From: Rhodosorus marinus CCMP1338
Lineage: Eukaryota; Plantae; Rhodophyta
Direction: 5' to 3'
NCBI GenBank assembly: GCA_029953675.1
Contig: JAMWBK010000002.1
Span: forward strand, 1,736,001-1,800,000
DNA length: 64,000 nt
Positions 49,165 to 59,852 of this stretch are shown here, piece by piece. Numbering within the stretch: position 1 is the first letter of the stretch; the number at the start of each line of letters is the position of its first letter. The notes under the pieces are model-generated. The model worked only from the letters and a program-made list of their open reading frames with translations, did not search any database and was not told the DNA's origin. The position numbers were made by a program, and so were the translations under genes.

Positions 49165-50079
49165 CACGACTTTCAGGAAAGACGATTTCAAAAGCCTAGC
49201 TAAACAGAATATCCAACCGGCTTCCTGCCTCTTACTAGTCTCCCACTCGTGCCCGCCACATCCCAACGCTCCATACCAGACCAAACCGTGCCCAGCCAAA
49301 TCTGCAGATGTTTCCTTCTCAGCAGATCTGCGAAATGCTATCTAATTTCATACCTAAAAAAAAAATACGTTCAAGCATCAATTAAATTAAGGAAATCAAT
49401 CAATGGCACAATTCTTGAATAAAAAAACAGCAAACTTTCTTGGCACAACGAAAGGTACAACGGTATTTACGATATCAATCTAGCCAATCAATATCTAAAA
49501 TGCATTGATGGACTTCGTATGCTTGGTAATTATTTCTATGATTCAAACGCGCGTGGTTGGGGTCGATCTGAACGAAGTTTTCTCCAACCGGGCTTCACGA
49601 TCTGGATGATTTGGTCGATGGAAACTATTTTTGTAGGGGTGTTACCAAACGGGTCCCCGCTGATGTGTGTCGAAGAGAACCGGGCAGACAGATGGGTGCG
49701 CCTGAAATCCACAACACAAAATCTTTGGAAAGCGAACCGCCTCCTGGATTTTCCTATGCAGAGAAGAAATTGAGTTCCTTCCTAAGGAAGTGGTCACCCG
49801 ATGCTGAATCGCCATGGAGTGCTTCCACCGGTTTGTTCCATGACTCCGAGCGAGTGAACAGGCAAGTCATACGGCCTTTCTTTTTTAAGTTGATAAAGTC
49901 CACATCGAGAGCCGCCTCAAAACTTTTTTCTCAAAACATGGAGCCGGACCTGTCACGAACAATCAGGTTTGTACCTTGTCCTCCTGTCACCTACCGTTCG
50001 GTTTACAGCGTTGCAGGTCTCCACTCGGGTGGCGGAGCTCGTCGAAGGAACCCAAGCACAGGAATTTGAAACGAAGGTA

Positions 50080-50270
50080 TTAGTTTTTTACTCAGTCAGC
50101 CTTACATAGTACGGTACATTCTCGGATTAATTAATCTTATTCAAAGGTTTTCTGGTGATCTCTGGCCTAAGACGGCGCTGGGGCGGCTACCGGCTTTGCT
50201 TGAATGACAGGTCGAGCGGAAACCCGCTTCTCTCTCGTGGAGCCCTTGTCTTTACGGCGAATTCCAGGGG
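50080..50270. repeat. Dispersed ~190-bp direct repeat, copy 1 (copy 2 at 54660-54850)
   Basis: Collinear shared blocks in both copies: TTTTACTCAGTC, GGTACATTCTC, GACGG(C/T)GCTGGGGCG and GCTTGAATGACAG. Confidence 0.85.
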
Positions 50271-51193
50271 CTCTTCTCCGTAGAAGCGCTATCTTCTTGG
50301 AATTCGGATTTGCTAGTTTCCTCCACTTGCTGAGAGTCAGTAAGTAGAGAAGCAAGCACTTGGTCAAACTCGGCTTCCTCACGCTCACCTCTAAACTGCC
50401 TCGATCCGGCTGGACCATTCGTGTTCGAATACATGGTCACCTCAGACCCCTGAGCGCTTGGCCAAGATATCTTGCGCCCTAACTTCAAGGATCGAGTGCG
50501 ACGTTGAGTTCGAAGCCATTCTGCGACTGGCTCCTCGAGTTGAGTCCGCGGCAACGTTTCAGCGCTACTCATGCGTGCTAGCCGTCGTCCAGCATGGCGT
50601 ATCGGTGATTCGTCTCTTCTTGGTGCCGCATTTGCCGTTGGCCGACTTGAAGGGAATGTTTCCTGCTGAGACCTTTCAACCATTCGTGCGGTCACTGAAC
50701 GCTTCTGATAGGAGAACATCCCATCAAATGAGCGTCGGCCAGTATCCACCGGTCCCTCGGTCCGCGTGCTGCTAGCTAGTGGTGGTGGATGTGGTGCGAG
50801 ATCCTCTGAAAGGGAGAAGCGCGTTCTCTCCTCATCGATTTCATCGAGCTCCATGCTTTCAATTCCAGCTCCCTGCTCATGCTCTCCCTGATGTGGGCTG
50901 CGCTCTCCTGTCGTGTTTTGCATAGAGGAGTCCTTCATCTCGTCATAATCCAGTTGAGCTGACCGTTCAGGGCCTCCGTGCGCGGTCTTCTCATGATGAG
51001 CGAGGCTAGATCTCCATCGAAACGACCTACCACAGTCATATCTACACGTATAAGGCGTCTCCAAGGTATGCGTCCGCTGATGCTCTTTCAATCCCTGTCT
51101 GGTCATTAACACCTGACCACAGTCTGGGTGCTTGCAAGGGTATCCATAACCATGAAACGGTTTTTCAGTCTTTCGCTCAGACCTGCTCCCCAT
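50252..51193 (-). CDS. C2H2 zinc-finger protein (two fingers), paralogue A
   Basis: YPCKHPDCGQVLMTRQGLKEHQRTH-TLETP-YTCRYDCGRSFRWRSSLAHHEKTAH. The first in-frame ATG is at 51193. Confidence 0.88.
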   Translation of the reverse strand: MGSRSERKTEKPFHGYGYPCKHPDCGQVLMTRQGLKEHQRTHTLETPYTCRYDCGRSFRWRSSLAHHEKTAHGGPERSAQLDYDEMKDSSMQNTTGERSPHQGEHEQGAGIESMELDEIDEERTRFSLSEDLAPHPPPLASSTRTEGPVDTGRRSFDGMFSYQKRSVTARMVERSQQETFPSSRPTANAAPRRDESPIRHAGRRLARMSSAETLPRTQLEEPVAEWLRTQRRTRSLKLGRKISWPSAQGSEVTMYSNTNGPAGSRQFRGEREEAEFDQVLASLLTDSQQVEETSKSEFQEDSASTEKSPWNSP

Positions 51194-52127
51194 CAAAAAC
51201 TTAATGACCTCAGTAAATCTTAACCCAAACGGTGTCTTAGCCTGCGCAACAATGTAAAACACCGAACCCTAGCTTCCCTTCTTGAACCTGAACCGTCACG
51301 TCCACAATCAATCTGCCTTCAACTTCTCGTAGCTCCAACCAACGATATTATCAACCATCAGAACTCAAATACGATTAATGCTCAGATGTCAACTCAGTTA
51401 GACTCGTCTTCAGCACGAGCCTTCGATAGAGAAAAGCAGCTGGGTGAACAGCTGCATATCCCAGCCATGTACGGTACCTCTCTGCCTACAATCTTCGCAC
51501 GTCCCGATAACATTATTGTATGCAGCTAATGAGTAAATGTTGATAAGACTCCCTACCAGTAGATCAAGCCGAATAAAGAACTATCCTAATTGCATTCGAG
51601 GGGATCCTCGGTCTCCGGCTGCTCAGCGAGCACAGTCCCGTACTCACTACGTAGGAAAAACAGGAAATCGATTTTCTTCTGAAAAGTCCCTGATGTAGGA
51701 CCCTGATGAGAATGCTTTTCTCTGGCCTCTTCCCTCTAGAGCAAAAGGTTGAGCTCTTCAGCTCGCCCGGAGTTGAGCCTGCCGTTCATTCATCCGCTGA
51801 TTTCTTTTTCTTCCTTCGGGAGACGACTGTCGAATTTATTTTGTTTTACAGGTTGAATTTGTCCATGTGACAATCTGCTGACACTAATATCAGTCAATAT
51901 ATTAGTCTCCAGGAGCAGAAATACTTCGAAAAACATACTGATTCATTTCAACTGTACCAGTACGAATTGAAGAAATAATCAATATGTATCAAAAATGACT
52001 GATACTTTCAAAATATATTGAATATATGAATATATCACTTTTCTACGGATGGGAGGTACTCATGGACGTAATTAATAGGAACTGCACCAACCGATTCGGT
52101 CCAACTCAAAAACAATGAAAAGACCCC

Positions 52128-52196
52128 CAATTTGGTTGATGCGATCGGTTCAATTTGGTCGATACGATCGGTTCAATTTGGTCGATACGATCCGTG
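52128..52196. repeat. Three tandem copies of a 23-bp unit CAATTTGGTCGATACGATCGGTT
   Basis: Seen directly; the first and third copies carry a few substitutions. Confidence 0.92.
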
Positions 52197-54659
52197 CTTA
52201 TCAATGTTCATTCTCAAAGTCGAGTCGAACGACCCCAAAAAGAACTGGAAGACGCCGATCCGAAAGCAAAGCCACTGGTCTCGGAAATGACATAACGGAA
52301 TATTGATTGCTTCTCTGACCAAAATTACATTGACTGAATTCATATGGCGAGCACCTGCAATTGCTGAAGATTTGGCTCCTCGTGACCGGTCCAGTTCCGA
52401 CGGCGCATGCCGCAACTAATGAGCAGAGTGGGAACCGGTCTCCTTTGTTTAACACATCTGCGACGAACCGGCAATGTCGAATGTGCTCCCTTGAAGGTCC
52501 TCGAGGTTGAACTCCATGCTAAGGACGAATCCAGTCAATACGCCGTAGATTGACTGGACTTAAGATAGGGGTTTCCTAGGTGGTCTGACTTGATGACCAA
52601 CCCTCCTACTATCACAGTTCTTGTATTCGTAAGAGGTGTTTCGTAGTTTTCAAGACCACTAGGGTAGGATGCATCATATCAGAGATAGGATTAGGGATCT
52701 TCCACGCATGCATGAGCATGAACGTTTCCCAGAAGTCCAGATATTGCAGAACCCGCAGTCTATATATATAGAGATGCATGGAGCCAGCAAGTGATGAAGG
52801 GTTGAGGTAGAGGGTTAACAACACCTTGCGGCACTCAGATACCTACCTTCGTTAAATACGGTTGTAGGAAAACAGAGGAATTTAGCGGTTGCAATACAGA
52901 ATCGCGTTTCTTATTTTCCGAATAGACTTCTATTTCGATACAAAAACTAATAATTTTCGATCTGACTTGGTTTTCAACAAAAACGTCTATAATTATGAAA
53001 CCCGGAGCAAGAACATGGACCGCGATTCGGGCTCGTTTGCTTCGGCGTTTATTTTGCTCCGGGACATTCCTACCGCCCTACTCTGTCCTTTAGATGGCTG
53101 AGTTTGAGACGCCAATCACGGAATCATACTCGTACAACTATTTATTGGTAGATCCAAGGGGTTCCAGCGCACCCAGTATATCTGGACGGGTATTCTTGAG
53201 GTTACTCAGCTTCCTGCGGAGCTGTCTATCATTGTGGATTATTGAGCGAATGCCTGACCGCAGGAAGACAGAACGGGAGATACACCTATCTCTGTGATCG
53301 GGAATGGATAACAGGCGGCTCACGGGCTTCTGGGATAGCGACCCTGAGCTGACTGACGAGGAGCGAAGAGTTTCAATTGGAACACGTGGTTTTTTGACTC
53401 AGTTCCGAGTACTTTATTCGAGGTACTATGAGAGCGTACGTTATCAGTTCAAGTGCGTCAATTTCTACCCAAGATGAGGTCTACCAAAGTTTACCGACAG
53501 CAACCTAGCTGACAGCGATCCAGATATTAGCACGGAATCCTGATGCGAAGTGGAGCGACAGAAAACAGAAGCTAAATCACAAAAATACTTGACGAAATCT
53601 ACTATGTCAACCCACTGGGATTCTCGCTCGCTCTCGGGTCTCAACTTGGGCAAATCACCTTGGCAGTCTTGCGACGATCACCGGAAGACAACAGAACAAG
53701 GGCTAAACGACAGAACTGAACTCCATAGTTGGAACGCTGACCAGCTGCGTTCCACTATCATCACCAAATAATAAACAAAAAATGAGCTTGAGGAAAACAA
53801 TGTCCGGCATACCACATGATGTCATCAGGAAGCCAGCGCAACTTCTCCCTCGAGGAAGTCATGGTTCAACCCGTGGTTGAACCTTTTGAAAACAACAGAA
53901 TATAAAACAAATGTTCTTACAAATGAGAATGGAGCGCCTTTGCTCACCGTTAACGCGCTGTGCTCTTCTTGGTGGAAGTGTGCTCTCAGTGTAGAAAACC
54001 TATCCCCCTTTTCCGTCCCGCACCACGAAAAGAAAATCAATCATTTCAACCCTCTAAAAACTAGTGACAAACTGGAGAGAATCAATCTGGCAGTCGGGCG
54101 TTTTTCAGCTGGACTTTTTTCTTCCGCAAAAAGCGGGAAGAAATAACTGAATAGTCTAAATAATTCTCCTACAGAGTGTCGGGGTAGAAATAGTATCAGT
54201 TTGTTTTTCTCAACGGCGAGCAATGAAGTAATATCTGAAAAAAAACAATTCTCCCTATGGAATCGCGGTGAGGGGAATTGAAAAAATTGTCCAAAAAAGA
54301 AAAGGACGTTCTTAAGGGGATCGGAGTGGTTTCATCTACGACCAATATCCAATCGACGAGCTAGACGTGTACCAGTTGTCCAATGGTATTTGACTCTGGG
54401 GGCGGATATCAGTTTGGGTCCTCATCGCCTCTTCTCGTGTGCGCGTATACTTGTTGTTCACGAGTGGTGATAGGTTGATTGGGGCTCTAGACACGAGACT
54501 AGGAGAAGCAAAGTGGCTGTTCCTTTAGCCCATAACCAAAAGCCTCCAGGGTTGCCAGGGATCCGCTAGGTAGCATAGCCACACAACTGGTACGCCGAGG
54601 GACGTTCACCTCGCCCCGTCCCAAGAGTGATCGAGGAGCATTAGCAGTGAGATTGCAGA

Positions 54660-54850
54660 GCTAGTGTTTTACTCAGTCTTTCAAGTAGGGTACATTCTCT
54701 GACTCGATCTAGTTCATAGATTTCGCGGTGATTTCTTGTCTAGGACGGTGCTGGGGCGTCCACGGCTTGCTTGAATGACAGTTTTCGTGGAACGCCCCGT
54801 CTCTCTTTCTCGGGGCCTCTGTGTTTAGGGAGAAGAGCCCCTGGCCCTCG
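54660..54850. repeat. Dispersed ~190-bp direct repeat, copy 2
   Basis: See copy 1 at 50080-50270. Confidence 0.85.
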
Positions 54851-55299
54851 CCAGCTTGAAACCCGGGGGAGGTTCATGGCGAACAAACTACCAGAGGACA
54901 AATGTGCTCATGAGATCACTGTCGTTTACCCGTGCCTTGCACCCTACCTGCAGAGTAGTGAGTGTAGGGAGGTTAGGCAGGATCATAGGCGGCCAAAAAG
55001 GGACGGCCCGAGGCCAACGAATCATGCAAGTCGTCACCCCGAAAGCATCGGAAACTATTAACACTTGCAACCCCTCAGAGAAAACGACAAAAAAGGCCTA
55101 GCTGGAGTCAAGCCCTGGTTGCAGGGGCCTCATCCAAGCCGCTGCCTAGAAGGACGGTTTGATTGTATCGACTAGAGGTGTCCATTTGGCTTGCTTCGGA
55201 GCGAACATACTTCGCGTCCATGGGAACTCGTATCTATGAGCTGAATGAGGCAACGGTGGTTTGCAGAAAACGAATATAATAGTTTATTTACTGTACAAT

Positions 55300-55848
55300 T
55301 TACACTGAGGATAGACGTGACGCGAACGTCAACGTGCTCCAAATAAGATCCTGAACATCTGTCTGCTGTTTCGTCATTGGCTCGCTCTCAACATCTCTAC
55401 TAGTCTCAGAATCGGCGCTCTCAAACTCGATCGCGGCGATCACGGGTGTTCGCAGGTCACCGAACTCAGTAAAATCTATTGGTGTTTCCATTTTCATGAA
55501 AGGAGTGTCGACTGAAAAATCCAGGTCCGGAATATCATCCAAAAGCAGATCTTCGAGTCCAAGAGGGTCCTTCATTACAGGACTGTCACCAGTCTCAACG
55601 ATGAGCTCGTTTGACCTAATGCTTCTGACAGACGAGCTCGCTGTCACCGACTCCCGACTGGGCTCTGGTCGCTGATGGATCTTTCGCACATGATACGCCT
55701 CACTCGATCTCCACTTAAACCTCAAATTGCATCCCTTAATCCGGCACTCATAGGGAAGCTCCTCCGTGTGAACCCGGCGGTGTTCCTTCAGGCCCTGTCG
55801 GCTCAAAAGCCGAGTGTGGCAGCCCTCAACTGGACAATCATACAACAT
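55300..55848 (-). CDS. C2H2 zinc-finger protein (two fingers), paralogue B
   Basis: YDCPVEGCHTRLLSRQGLKEHRRVH-TEELP-YECRIKGCNLRFKWRSSEAYHVRKIH, followed by an acidic C-terminus. Confidence 0.88.
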   Translation of the reverse strand: MLYDCPVEGCHTRLLSRQGLKEHRRVHTEELPYECRIKGCNLRFKWRSSEAYHVRKIHQRPEPSRESVTASSSVRSIRSNELIVETGDSPVMKDPLGLEDLLLDDIPDLDFSVDTPFMKMETPIDFTEFGDLRTPVIAAIEFESADSETSRDVESEPMTKQQTDVQDLIWSTLTFASRLSSV

Positions 55849-57189
55849 CTTCTCTGAATGTCAACTTTGCCTTCTAGACCACGTCAAAAAATCCCCTCAC
55901 AGATAGTCCTCACCTCCAGCGCCGAAATTCATTCTACCAAGGAGAAGCGACGCCTCTATATATTCTGTCGCTGGCGCAGTCGGCCAACACAATAGGATCC
56001 CAACTACGAAACTTCATCGGAACCTGTATAACAAATGGGTAACAGATCTGTACTCCGCCCCAGTTTTTCCTTGAACTTTTCTCATAGGGTGCGAACTGAC
56101 GCTCCTAGTAACTCATCAACTTCCCACTCTCCGAACGCGCAAGGCCGATCCAAAAATGATTAATTTCGATTTAATTAATGTACACATTTTCGCCTGGCAC
56201 CTCAACCCTGAGTTTCTTGAAAGCAAGTTCCAAAAAGCATATACTTGTCGGCCTTAAATGGCATTCCTCTCTATTTTTCCGAAAAAATCACAATTTCAAC
56301 ACTGGGCATTCTTATTGAACGAAAGCCCTCACCACGACTTTCGGTTGTTGGGTCCTGGGTCGCCGTTCTCAGGGCTGATGAATGTGCTGAACCCTCTCGT
56401 TTCTGGGGTGCGTTTTAATGCTATTTTTCTATCAATGCATTGGTTTTCTTCATTTCCACTAAAGAAACGGGTTTGTGTGTTTGCTCACCTCAGAGAAGAA
56501 TCGATCTGCCAAGCAAAACCCATTATATATTTTAGAAATTCATAGGAAGGATTATTCCAATTGTAATACAGAAGAATATTTGAAGCTGAATGTCTTGTAC
56601 CAATCATTGACTAGTATAGCCTTTTTTTTTCTGTAACTTGAGGATGCCGATGAAGATGTCCACCGTTTTCGCCAGGGGTGAAAAAGAAACCATCATTTCT
56701 TCCTTGCCCGGAAAAAAGCAGAAACGAAAAAAAGCGGCAAGCTGAAAGACATGTTTGACTCAGGGGATTTTGTTTGTGAATAAAAAAGAAACTGTCGAGC
56801 AAAGGGTGGATTCTCGTGGAGAAATACTTTTCCACCTTTTTTGGTTTCCACAATGACAATTTCTTATCGTACCTCCCCCCCCCACCCCCTTTCCTTACTA
56901 GCGTTCAAGTGCAATATGGTGTTCAATAAAATCATCCCAATTCAAAGAAACTCAGGGGGGGGTGATAAGCCTATTCAGCCAAAGGGCGCAGATACCTGCA
57001 TGTCTTCATTTTCTTTCATTCTTTTGTATCTAATCTGGAAAATAGTAAACTGTTTCTTCAAACTGATGCAAGATTGCCTTTAAGCGAAAACTTTTCATCG
57101 ATGGGACTAGATGTCGTTTTTTAGGTGGCAGTCTGGATGCTTTTATTATTTCGTTTTGAATCACAGATATAAATCTTACAATTGACGAT

Positions 57190-57800
57190 GAACCATCGTT
57201 TAGTGCGTCAGAGTGCTTTTAACCAGAATTACAACACCTAGGCTTCGAACCTCCTCGAAGTACGTGTTTTCATGTATTTTATTTATTCCTGAGGTTCCCT
57301 AGCGTCAGCAGAACGGTAACAGTAGGAGTAGAAGAAGTCTTAAGAAGAGTCCTCACGAAAACAAAGTGCTTATGAGCTCGAGTGGCTACGATGTTTTAGG
57401 CTTGACAGCGAGCAATGCGGCAATCTTTGCCAAGACTTGATGATGGAATGGCTACCGAGGACCTTGACCTTTGAGCCCCTCCCTCGCGTACGAATTCAAG
57501 CGGGTGTCGGAGGCTGTCCCTACACGCATTTGGTTTTGCGCGGTCCAGCGAAGCTAGGTTTCCAAAGGCATCCGCCGTATCGCAAAGACAGCTAGAGCTC
57601 AGGCGCTATGTCTTTGAGCTGAGGATTCCAGATCCTCACCACACGGAGGAACACTTGCATCCTTAATTCAAATTCTCTACGGCAATGAGAGTAGACCGGA
57701 AGAGCAGCGTCAGCAGATCCGAAACCCCCAATGCTCCTCCGCCGTCTGGAGTCTCAGAGCTTTGATCCAGCATGCGGATGCTGGATTAGCGCGTAGGTTC
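57190..57800 (-). mobile_element. Possible decayed RLE-type non-LTR retrotransposon fragment
   Basis: Minus strand gives PHAGS, then CLCDTADAFGN...NACRDSL. This resembles the C-x-C...D-x-xG-x-H...RH-N-x-x-RD knuckle region that precedes the RLE. It is interrupted by stops. Confidence 0.35.
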
Positions 57801-58199
57801 CTGCGGAACGAGTTAAGACTAAGGAATATTCACGGCTCATGGTTGGCCGCAGCCCAATCGAAATGGGTGTTCTAGTCTGCATCGGTCTACGGAAGCCCCT
57901 AGCCTGCTACACGGTCTCCTAAGCGGGCGTCTTAATACCGCCTACCCAAAAATGATAAACCCAAACATCCCCAACCAAAGTGAGGCTAACTCTGCTACCA
58001 CAATCTGGGTCGTCCAAATCTAGTATATTTCTTCTGGTATAGACCAATTAATATGCGAGCCTCGCTCAACAGGTAGGGGAATGAGCGAGGAACACGTTGT
58101 GATTGGACACAACCTGTCTCGAAAATTATCCATATTTATCGCATCTGAATTTCCATTTCTCATTAAAGCGCCCATCAATCAATTTCCGTGACCCCCTGA

Positions 58200-58440
58200 C
58201 TTTGCCGTCTGTGTTTTCGGGTTACGCTGTTGTGGCTTATGAATGCTGCTTGGGTATTGGAGGCTCACTATTACACGTTCGTTTTTGAAGCGTCACATCG
58301 ATCGAGTTGCTCGAGCGCCCGGACCAACTTGCCCGTTTCCAGGTTTTCAGGTTTCTGTGTGGCCTATGAATGCCGCTTAGTAGGATGTTGGAGGCGGCAT
58401 ATTCACGCGCTCAATAGTCCTGTTTTTTTCCGTTCCGGTT
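58200..58440. repeat. Degenerate tandem duplication (~127-bp period)
   Basis: TGTGGC(T/C)TATGAATGC(T/C)GCTT...TTGGAGGC at about 58230 and 58357. Confidence 0.75.
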
Positions 58441-58959
58441 TGTAACTCTCCGAGCACAGTCCAACTGCTTCCACAACACCGAACTAGCACTCATTAGTTT
58501 TTCGATCAGTTATGTTTTCTTCCTTTTTGTTAGTTTTCCAACGGCTCATCGTGAAGCTAGTCGTTTTGCTTCACGTGGCACGGAACTTTTCTTTTAGGAC
58601 CTTGTAATACCCGTTGCGAAAAAAGCAGATCTGAGAGCTGTGGGCTTTCCGGGCTCCTGGTTTTCCCTTGCAAAATTCTTTAAGTAATTGCTAGCTCGTT
58701 CTTCTCTCAATGCTCGCATCTGCCAAGGGGAGCACATGCCGGAAATCATTGATCGTTTTGGAGTTCCAAGACAAACTTGATCAGTGCTTGTTTTTCATTC
58801 CGGATCGAGGTTTTTCTTGGTTCAGTCGCCGTCGCTCAGGTGGTTGAGAAGCTGGGACGGGGTCGACATGGCGCTCAGGAACTGGATGAGCGGGAGCGCT
58901 CTAGCATAAACGAAAAGGTCAACTGTACTGGAGAGAGAAAACGTGTGGTCAAAGCAGAC

Positions 58960-59190
58960 GACGAAAACTCCGTCTTAATTGATCTGAAAAAAAACCGACG
59001 GACTCAACAATTCCAAAACAAAAAGTGAGCGTTCAGTTGGTGCAGATGGACCACAGGTCAACTCTACTGAAGGGAGAAACAGGGGTCATAGCAGATTAGA
59101 ACAAAAAAAATATCCGTCTTATTTGACCTGAAAAAATCGACGGACTCAACAATACCGAGACAAAAAGGGAGCGTTCAGTTGGTGTCGACA
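58960..59190. repeat. Direct repeat of ~75 bp at 144-bp spacing
   Basis: CCGTCTTA.TTGA.CTGAAAAAA..CGACGGACTCAACAAT...CAAAAAG.GAGCGTTCAGTTGGTG starts at 58970 and at 59114. Confidence 0.88.
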
Positions 59191-59852
59191 TTGAAAGCTC
59201 ATCGGAATGAACCTTTGGCCAGAATTTAACAAAAACAACCCCCCCCCCATCCTTGGGGGGGCCTTTGTTGCCGCTGCTTTCAGCGAGAATCCTCTTGCCG
59301 ATGGTCCGTGCATCGTCCATTGTGGATATGAGTTTTTATCGCTTTCTGAGAACTCCATGAGGACGATGAGAATTGGACAAATTTTTTTTGAGCCTTGTCC
59401 TAGTTTCGTTTCTAGCGGGTGAGAGCTCAACCTACCGGAACTCTTCCGGGGAATGAGGTGCAGGTGCTGGCGTCTCCTACAGTTTACCTGCGCGTTGCTC
59501 CTAACTAAACGAAGACAGGAAATGATCGAGAAGAGATATTTCCCTTCCATGCTAGCGAAAGCGCTATACTGCAGTCGACACTTCAGCGTTGGTGGCTCTC
59601 TACAACATGAAAAGCTTAGAGTAGCGAAGAAGGCTTGCTTCTGTGTTGCACATGGGTGTTTGCTCCACTTCACTGTTATACGATAGCGACTCTGAACACA
59701 AACTTTACTAACAGGTCTCGCATGAGAACGCTTCGAGATGCACTTTGCTCTATTCACACGGCTGATGTACACATTACATAAAAGCCTTTTGCACCATCTC
59801 CCGAGAGGTCCTCAACTCTACCAGGGACGCGAGGTACTCCTCAAGGGCTTCG

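Noticed and set aside
51690-51760. CTGATGAG resembling a hammerhead ribozyme core
   Set aside because: There is no suitably placed GAAA core strand and no stems I-III.
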